From Camelus ferus (taxonomy: Eukaryota): DNA of 64,000 bases. Shown piece by piece: positions 55,857-64,000 of this stretch; position 1 is the stretch's first letter; the number at the start of each line of letters is the position of its first letter. The notes beneath the pieces are model-generated. The model was not told the origin of the DNA. It was given only the letters and a program-made list of their open reading frames with translations, and searched no databases. The stretch spans positions 2,914,001 to 2,978,000 of the forward strand of contig NC_045717.1 of assembly GCF_009834535.1 (NCBI RefSeq), given 5' to 3'. A program made the translations under genes and the position numbers.

Positions 55857-56859
55857 ACTCATGCTGCCAACACACCCTTGGCAGTGTCCCACGCAGGCAC
55901 CAACACATGGCAGAGGCCTCTGTGTGCCCAGCCTCGTCTGGTCCAGCCCAGAGGGTTCCAAGTTCATGTCTGGGCACACAGAAGTGCACGTTCGCACACC
56001 TAGGCACCTTTGTACGCCCTGCAGGGGCTCCTGTGGACGTAGGAACGTGTCCACTGGGACCTGAGTGTTCACTCACGTACGTTACTGAGCCCACACCGAG
56101 CCCACACCTGCTGGGTGCTGGGCGTGTGCACACTCAGCACCCCTCCCCCGGCAGTTGTGCACGGGCAGAGCACTACTTCTGTCCCGAGACACCTCCAGAC
56201 TGTCCTTCCTAGGCCTGTGCCTGGGTGTGCAGACAAATGGATTCACTGCACGCATGGTCATGCACACACAGACCTTTCAGGTGTACAGGTCAGAAACACA
56301 CAGGTTCTCCCTCATCAGGGACAACAGGGCATTCGGTCATATGTATGCACTGTCCCTTGGACTGGTACATGTGACAGGCACACCTGCACACAGGCATGTA
56401 TGAACTCAGACATCCCAGTGACGTGTGCAACCAGGGATGCACACGCTCACCCACTGGGCAGGGAACAGATCAGGTGCCTCTGTGTCCAAAAGCAGCTGTG
56501 CGTTCATAGTCACTCACGTAAAAGTCCCACCTTGGTGTAGTGCTGTTGACTGAAAAGGGGCCCCCTGCCTTCTCAGCCCTGGTCCAGTCCCAGATGGACT
56601 CATGCCCTTTAGCCAGAGTCCTCGGTTGGCCTCTTTCTTACGTGAGCGTACGCCTGCTACAGGACTTGCATCTTGCCCGAATATGGGGCTACTTGTAGCC
56701 CTCAAGTCGCCCATTGCTCCACTCTGGGCCCCTCTTTCTACAAGGATAAGATGACACCTCATCTTTCATATGCTACCCTCTATTTCACTGCCCCCTTCTT
56801 GGGTCATGACCTGAAACTTTAGGAGGCAGAAACCGAGTGACTCTTCACCTCAAATTCAC

Positions 56860-57200
56860 ATCCTCTTCCTCCTGAGCACACAGCTAAACTTTGATTTCCC
56901 AGCCTCCCTTGCAGTCAGGTGTGGCCATGTGCCAACTAGTTCCCAGCCACTGAATGTGAGTGGAGTGATGTGTGCCGAGGCTTTTAAGCCGTGTATGCCC
57001 TCCCCTTTAGCTGGCTGGATGGAGAAGATGAAGTCCTAAGGGATGGTAGAGGCACAAGAAGGAAGGAGCCTGGATCTCTGCATCAGCATAAGGAGGCAAG
57101 CCACTCATCAACCAGGAACACCAGTTTTGGACTTCTAAGTAAGAGAGAAATCAACTTCTTGGAGCCATTAGACACCTTAGGGTCTATTTGTTATAGCTAC
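56860..57200. mobile_element. MaLR LTR relic (MLT1-type) upstream of RGS14
   Basis: CCCAGCCTCCCTTGCAGTCAGGTGTGGCCATGTG...GGGTCTATTTGTTATAGC. Confidence 0.55.
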
Positions 57201-57758
57201 TAGCATTGCCCTAGTTAATATACCTCTTCAACCAGTCCTAACTCACCTCTTTCCAGACACCTTGCTCTAGGCCACCCAGAGAGAGGGATTTGGTCATACT
57301 TGGGGTGTATATTGGGGGTTGCTTTGGGGCCTGGCACATTGTCAAGAGGGCCTTAATAAGATGTCTGACAGCGTCAGTATGCCTGTGACAGGTTGATATG
57401 GTGTGTGATGTGACTGGAGACTGCCTGCCTGTCTACTGTGCTGTGGATCCAGGCCTAGCTTCATAGGGTCTTTCCCACACGTGACCTCATTTGATCCTCA
57501 TAACCTCTTTGTTAGTGGTGCTCATTATTCCCATTTTACAGATCAGGAAACTGGACTCTGAGAGAAGTGAGTCACCCAAGTTTAGACAAGTTAGAGATTG
57601 CCTTGAATGTCTGTGCTTGGGATATCAGGAGCTGAGCCTGGGCCACCGCTGGTCCCGTCTCTAACAGCAGCTTCTTCCTCTCTGCAAAGACCCAATCACA
57701 GGATCTGCCTGGGAACTCCTCCTAAGCGCATCCTCTCCTGCTGCAGAAGAAGCAGCAG

Positions 57759-57877
57759 CTGTCGGCCAGCCTCAGCAATGGGTTCTTAAGAGAGACAAAA
57801 GCAGCAACCAATCATGGAACAGCACGTTCGGCTTGTGGGCCAACATGGAGCAGAGGGAGGATTTGAGTCAGTGAGCA
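57759..57877 (-). repeat. Inverted duplicate of LMAN2 promoter segment 59759-59877
   Basis: Manual ungapped alignment to the reverse complement of 59759-59877: 108 of 119 positions identical. Confidence 0.92.
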
Positions 57878-58093
57878 AGGCTTTCTTCTGCCTCTCCCTA
57901 CCACTCCACCATGGATGCTAGTTTCAGCTCTGACCACATCTTTACCCCAGGGACTCCAGCCAACCCTGGGACTTACTATCTCATAGCCCTTGTTTAATTT
58001 TCTTCACTCCACAGGACACTTCTCAACTTCTCTTTCTGTGGCTTCTCACAGGGAATTAATTAGTTACTGATATCTAGTTTTCCTGTGGGACTT

Positions 58094-58252
58094 AAAAAAT
58101 ATATTTATTATTTTATTTTTATTTATTTATTGGGGGGGGAGGGAGTAATTAGGTTTATTTCTTTATTTTTGATGGAAGTACTGAGGATTGAACCCAGGAC
58201 CTCATGCATGCCAAGCACACACTCTACCACCGAGTTATACCCTCCCCCACCA
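58094..58252 (-). mobile_element. tRNA-Ala-derived SINE (Vic-1-like) with TSD
   Basis: Family body; TGGGACTT duplicated at 58086-58093 and 58253-58260. Confidence 0.85.
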
Positions 58253-58842
58253 TGGGACTTCTGATGACCCTTCCCTGTGGAGACCTCCTTGGGTCAGGCA
58301 CCACTCTCTCTTATCTGGTCACAGTGACCTCTTATTGGCTCCTTATCTTATCTGGAGCCAGAGAAACCCATATTGGTCACCCCCATGCTTAACACCATCC
58401 CATTGCCTTCTGGGAAAAGGCCATGTACCTTAGCTGGGAATTGAAGGCCCTTAGAATTCTGGCCTCAGCCAAACTCTCCCTACCACTCCTCAGCCATTCC
58501 AAACTGCTTGCATTCTTTATGCTTTCAAGGATCCCTCCTGGCCTTTGCATTTCCTGTTTTCTTTGCTGAGAGTGCCTTTCCTCTTTTTGACAAACTACTG
58601 CTGATTCTTCATGACCCTATTCCAGGTTCTAGAACAAACATTCATTCTTTCACCAATTATTTATTAATCACCTTCTATGTGCCCAGCACTGTTCTAGATG
58701 CTGGGGATTCAGTAGTGACTATAGCTGATAAGTATCCAGCCCTTACGGGGGTCTAGTGGAATGCTCATGTTCTTGTTTGCTTAGATATAGACACATCTCT
58801 GGAAGGGTATACCCCTTGGGCTTTTGTTGTTGCACATATGTT

Positions 58843-58912
58843 ACATATACACATATATATGTGTGTGTGTATATATACACATATGTATATATATTTGTTT
58901 GTGTTTGTATAT
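58843..58912. repeat. (TA)n/(TG)n compound microsatellite
   Basis: Read directly from the sequence. Confidence 0.9.
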
Positions 58913-59299
58913 AAAGTCACATTTTAAAAAGATGACTCAACACTTAATCCTGAGTAAGTTAATTCACTCAAAAGGGCAACTTCGTAAAGGAACAAGGAAC
59001 CAACTCTCCCACCTTGTGATCTATAACAGGAGTCATTAATCCAAGTGGCTAGAGGGGCCAGGCAGGTGCTGTAAATTACCGCTCAGAATGGAGACTAATT
59101 TAGAAAAGGAAGGCATTTTCATGGGGGTAGCCCTATGAGCTTAGTGTGGTTGGATCTTCCAATTTTTCTTGGGAAGCTGGAAATTTGAGTTTCCACTGCG
59201 AATTTGTCTCCTAATTAAAATATCAGTAGTTAAGTCACTTACTTAAATAGCATCAGCAAGAGCTCTGTTTGGCTGCGGGCTATCAGTTTTCGACCTATG

Positions 59300-60330
59300 A
59301 TCCACAGCCAGCTTTCCTGGACCTTTCACAGACGCTTCTTGCTGCACAGGGCGGGGGCTACAATCGTTTGGATCCGAATGGGTCCCAACCATCACTGGGA
59401 CAGTATCCCGGTTTGCTCCTCCTGCTGAAACCCGACTGGGTCGGAGGAACTGGAAGTAGTGGACGCCATCAAATAATTGTGGGAATTCTAAATTTCCAAA
59501 GACGTGGAGCTGGGGGCGGTAAAGCCGGAGACGGCTAAAAGCTCGCCAGTGAGTTCTAGGCGGAGCGGGAGTTGGAATTCAGGTCTCCGCCTTCGGTTCA
59601 GAACTCCTTTCTCCTGGGATGAGAAAGGTTACTCCAGGGACGCGACCAGTGACTAGAGGCCAAAACTGTTGAAGGCTTCATTCCCTTCCCCGCCCGCACG
59701 AGCGGCCCACAAAAACTACAAGTTCCAGCATGCCCCACTCCGCAGACGACCCTCGCACTGCTCGCCGACTCAAATCATCCCTCTGCTCCGCGTTGGCCCG
59801 CAAGCCGAACGTGCTGTTCCGTGATTGGTTGCTGCTCTTGTCGCTCGTAAGAACCCACTGCTGAGGCTGGCCGACAGGCGCCTCGCAGCAGCCAAGGTAC
59901 TTGACTAGAATGGGGAGCTGCTCAACAAATAAAGCCGCCGTCCCATCAGCACCGAGGATTTGCTTTTGCTGGGAGTTCCTGAGAGTTGGAGGGCTTCCGG
60001 TCGGAGGCCATTAGATGGAACACCCGGAAGGCGGAAGTCCTACGACGGAAGTGGCGGAGAGGAACGGAGAATGGCGGCGGCTGGCTGTATTTGGCGCAGG
60101 GGCTGGGGCCGGCGGTGCCTGGGGAGGCCTGGGCTTCCCGGCCCCGGCCCTGGCCCCACTACACCTCTACTTCTTCTCCTGTTGCTGGGGCCGGTGGCTG
60201 CGGATATAACTGACGGCAACAGTGAACACCTCAAGCGGGAGCATTCGCTCATCAAGCCCTACCAAGGTGAGGCCTGGGGCGGGAATGAGTGCAGTGAGGG
60301 CGAGGCTGGTCGGGGTTGGGGAACGGGTGC
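59300..60330. promoter_or_regulatory. LMAN2 CpG-island promoter with ZNF143/THAP11-type motif, CCAAT box and ETS sites
   Basis: CpG-dense. AACTACAAGTTCCAGCATGCCC at 59714-59735, ATTGG at 59824-59828, and several CCGGAAG/CGGAAGT sites at 59993-60053. Confidence 0.75.
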
Positions 60331-60553
60331 CCTTTCTCCTGATCAGAGCAACTCTTCGGGTTTCCTGCCTCTGGCAAAGCCAGTCCTGGCCTGGCCTCTT
60401 GTGCACCTGTCTGTGCCCGTGTCTCTGCCCACAGGGGTCGGTTCCAGCTCCATGCCTCTTTGGGACTTCCAGGGCAGTACCATACTCACGAGCCAGTACG
60501 TGCGTCTGACCCCTGACGAGCGCAGCAAAGAGGGCTCTATCTGGAACCACCAG
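60071..60553 (+). CDS. LMAN2: Lectin, mannose-binding 2 (VIP36), exons 1-2; gene continues beyond the window
   Basis: Exon 1 60071-60266 (MAAAGCIWRRGWGRRCLGRPG...DITDGNSEHLKREHSLIKPYQ) and exon 2 60435-60553 (GVGSSSMPLWDFQGSTILTSQYVRLTPDERSKEGSIWNHQ), with GT/AG boundaries and phase intact. Confidence 0.97.
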
Positions 60554-63500
60554 GTGAGTGGTTTCCAAGAGACTAGGCAGACCCTTAAGTAAGCCATTAC
60601 AGCTAGCCTTCAGCAGCCCAGACCTGAGCTTGGTTTAAAAGCTACATCTCCGTCCCCCGCCCCCTTCCCCACCTTGGTCACACGCCAGTAATAACAAGTA
60701 ATGGCTGTTGGAGTTACCTCGTGTCCGGAGCTGTGCTTGACGCTTTGTACACCATTCTCGCTTCATTCCTTCGAAAGCCATGTGAAGTAGCTCCATTTTA
60801 CTGACTAAGAAGCTAAGACTCAAGAGTTGAAAAAGCCTTCCCCAAAGGCATTTTCACATAGCCAGTTAGTAGTGGAGCTGTTGACCACGTGAACTGAACT
60901 CTCTCATTAGTGGGATAAATTAAACGAACGGGATCTTTATTGAGTGTTTTGTGTGTTAGGCACTGACTTTAACATGCCTTATTACGTTTAATTCTTAGAC
61001 TGTTTGATACTCATGGCTATCGTGACTTTATTCAGAGCTAACATTGATGGTGAATGGCATAAGCAGCAATTAAACCCTGATCTGTCTCATCTCCAAGCCC
61101 AGCAGTTCGCTCACTACCCTTGACCCCCGTACGGACAGTGGAGGAACTCCTCAGAAATATTTGCAGACTCAGCCCACTTCCCCAGTGCTTGATTGAGGGT
61201 CTGGTCGTCAGTGGTGTGGAGGGGCTGGACTCGTGGGCAGTTTTAGTTTTCTGTGACCTTTGCTGCAGAGGTAAGGGAGCCTCAGGTGTCACGCACGTGT
61301 CATACATAAGGAGTGGCCAAGATTAGCTGCTACACAGACTCCACACTGAGAAAGGTCAAGGAAGGGGTGACAGGGGAATAATTGGGGGCAGAACCCGCTC
61401 CTCCCCAAGCCTGCCTGATGCCAGTCCTTCCCACGGCTTAAGCTTGGGCCAGTGTCCTAGTTTCCTCCATCACCCTGCCTTTTGGTCCCTTCAGGATGAC
61501 TTCTGAGAGCCCAGAGTGTCCTTGTGTTGCCTCATCTGTCTGTTCCCTCACCTCCTCCTCTCCTTCCTGCTAGGGGCATCTGGAGATGCTTTCTTTAGCT
61601 TTCACCCTTATCCTCAGAGCCTGGGGAATCCTCTAAGGGGATAAACATGCATTATGTCTGGACCGTCTGGCCCCTGGTGCCTGGCATCTGCAGTCATTCG
61701 CTGTGTTAATTTTGTTCCAATCTCTCTGGCTGCCTTCTTGCCTCAGGACCTTTGCACCTGTTCCCTCCACTGGGACACTGCCTCCTGGCTCTTCAGGCCT
61801 CCTTGGTTCTTTCTTATCTGTTAAGTCCTAACTCGAGTGCCACCCACTCAGAGAGTTCATGAACTACCTTGTTTCCTCCGAATCACATTCTGTTGCATTA
61901 TTCTGTCTTAGGGGTTTCAGATAATTTTTTAAAATGTTAACGCAGCCTTATATTTTTCAAGGAAATGAGCTCAGCATAGCATTAAAAAAAATTTTATTTT
62001 AATGAGGTACAAGTAGTGCCGGAACTGTTAGAAATTGATTTCGTCACAAGTCACTTAATTACAGTTGTAGGTCGTTGGTGGTCAGTGATGTCCCAGGGCT
62101 GAAAGGTCTCTTCACTTAGCCTCCAACGAATTTTCACCGTCTGAAATATAACTGCCTTGTCTTCCTCCACCACCTGGTTGTTCAGCTCTAGGACCTTTCC
62201 CTTTAGGCCCTGCAGATTTCCCCTAAAGGGTTGGATGGAGTGTTTCCTTCTCTTTCCTGAAAGAAATGCTTGGAACTCTTAGGATTTTCTGCCCAGTGTT
62301 TCTCAAGAACCACCTTTTCCTTTACTGGGTTGGAGAAATGCTTTCTGGAGTTTTCTCTTTTTTGTCCCCTTCCCTCGCTCCACCTGGGAGAGGCATCAAG
62401 TTAGCAAACACTCCCAAGCACCTGCTGTCTTCTAAGCAGCGATAAGACACAGCTCCAGCTGTGGCATGGGCGTGGGAGGGTGCGGACCAAGGGGTGGCCC
62501 AGCCTGACTAGAGCTCCAGGTGGCTGACGGCTGGAACGCAGGCCACAAGGGGCTGGGCTCGAGATGGTCTTGTGTGGAGGCTACAGCAGTGGTCTTTAAG
62601 CTTTTTTTTTTTTATTTAACTTTTAATGGTCTGTAAATTTTTTTGCTGATGTGCTGTCTGAAAGTATATATCCCCTTGAACTTTTTAAGACTTGATACTG
62701 AAAAAAAAAACCCCACACAAGACAAAAATACAAAAAAAAAAAGAATTGATATCCAAGATTGCTTATCATAAGTTTAAATATTTGCAAAGGATGCAATTTC
62801 CAGCATATTTAAAGTATTGTTTTAGAATAAAATTGTTCAGTACTCAAGCGTACTCAGTGGAATCTACATATAGCAGTTTGATATCCACTCTTAAACACGA
62901 TGAATAAGCCGAAATTGTACATCAGGTTTTTTAAAATCCAACTTGTATTTTTATTTCATTTCCTGCACTGAATTTTATCCTAGTGCAGTGTATTTATTGC
63001 TGGGAAATCTCATATTGATTAGCCCATCATATTTCCTTTGCAACTAAAATGAGGGTAATTTAAGCTTTTTAACTTCATTGGGAGCTTGAAATTAAGTTTT
63101 AATATTTTCTTTGGGATTATTATAGTTATCATTGGTAAACAGTTGATCAAAAGAAATGCACTGCACACTTTTTGAATGATTATTACACAAAAGTAAACAT
63201 GCATTGAAATGCGTCTCATTGAGCTGTCATCTCCCCACCCCCACCCGGATGGACGGCATTGTCAGACTGAGAAGCTTCAACACGACTGGTGTTCTTTGTT
63301 TTAATTCACGTGACTGCTGAGAAACTGCTTAAATAGTAGCTGGAGACGGGGGTTTCATTATTGCAGGGCCACTCAATATTTTGAATTTCTTTGGTTTAGC
63401 AACCCCAAATCATGTAGTGATCTTTCATCAAAAATTTTGGTGTAGCAGCTGACTGTTGGATTCGCTTTGTTACAGGCCGAGACGTGGAAACCACCTGACT

Positions 63501-64000
63501 GTAAAATGGGCCGTGGCTGCCAAATGATTGATTCTGATTTAGATGGCCTGAGGGGGCGGCCAGGGCATTAAGATTTCTGAGCTCCCCAGGTTTCTCAGCT
63601 GTGCAGCCGGGGTGGAGGATGATGCCCATGTTATGTTCTGCCCCCCAGAGCAGCTCCTGCTTCATCTGCTTCAAATCCTTCAGAGGTTTTATATTGTCCG
63701 TGTCGTCGTAGTATTTCTATCCTCTGATCTGCAGTCTTGTCTGCAGTACGTGGAGACTTTCTAAGGCCTGGATAGTCTTAGAGGTGTGGGTTTCCAGGTC
63801 CTCAGCTTCCGTGTGTACTCTTTCCTGAAACTGATCTCCCTGCAAACATGCCAGGGACCTTCCTGTTCACAGTTGCCCTTATGCTGGGAGGCACACCTCA
63901 TGCGCACCTGCTTGGGGTCTTATCTGAGTGCATTGTTCCCACGCACAGAAAACTCCTGGACACCAAAGAGGCCATTTGAAATCTTGCTTTCTGGGCTGAC

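Noticed and set aside
55234-56212. Several 250-300 aa ORFs around the RGS14 start
   Set aside because: They are open only because they cross a 166-N gap.
59960-60070. N-terminal extension of LMAN2 from the ORF track
   Set aside because: It starts at TTG in promoter sequence; the ATG at 60071 matches the known VIP36 N-terminus.

Overview
This is mammalian genomic DNA, not microbial. It is most likely camelid (alpaca/camel), based on repeated tRNA-Ala-derived Vic-1-like SINEs and no obvious Bov-tA or PRE-1 SINEs. The window is the reverse orientation of the known human 5q35.3 block: F12 (+, 14 exons, 9739-17140), PFN3 (+, single exon), SLC34A1/NaPi-IIa (-, 13 exons), RGS14 (-, 15 exons) and the first two exons of LMAN2 (+). 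The rest is interspersed repeats (MaLR/ERVL LTRs, MIR, L1, L2, MER3/MER5/Tigger) and three N gaps. I traced exon boundaries by hand from GT/GC-AG sites and compared them with human/pig exon lengths and sequences recalled from memory. I found no new multi-gene system. The notable points are: (1) three single-base frameshifts (two in SLC34A1, one in RGS14), each of which looks like both alleles of a transition SNP written side by side, so probably a consensus artefact rather than gene loss; (2) the expected F12 exon-10 acceptor AG reads GG, with an in-frame AG 18 nt upstream; (3) a 119-bp, ~91% identical inverted copy of the LMAN2 promoter 2 kb upstream, showing CpG decay; (4) a uORF in the RGS14 5'UTR and a C-terminal PDZ-type HSAL motif; (5) a degenerate F12 ERE; (6) a candidate retrocopied 3'UTR in LMAN2 intron 2.
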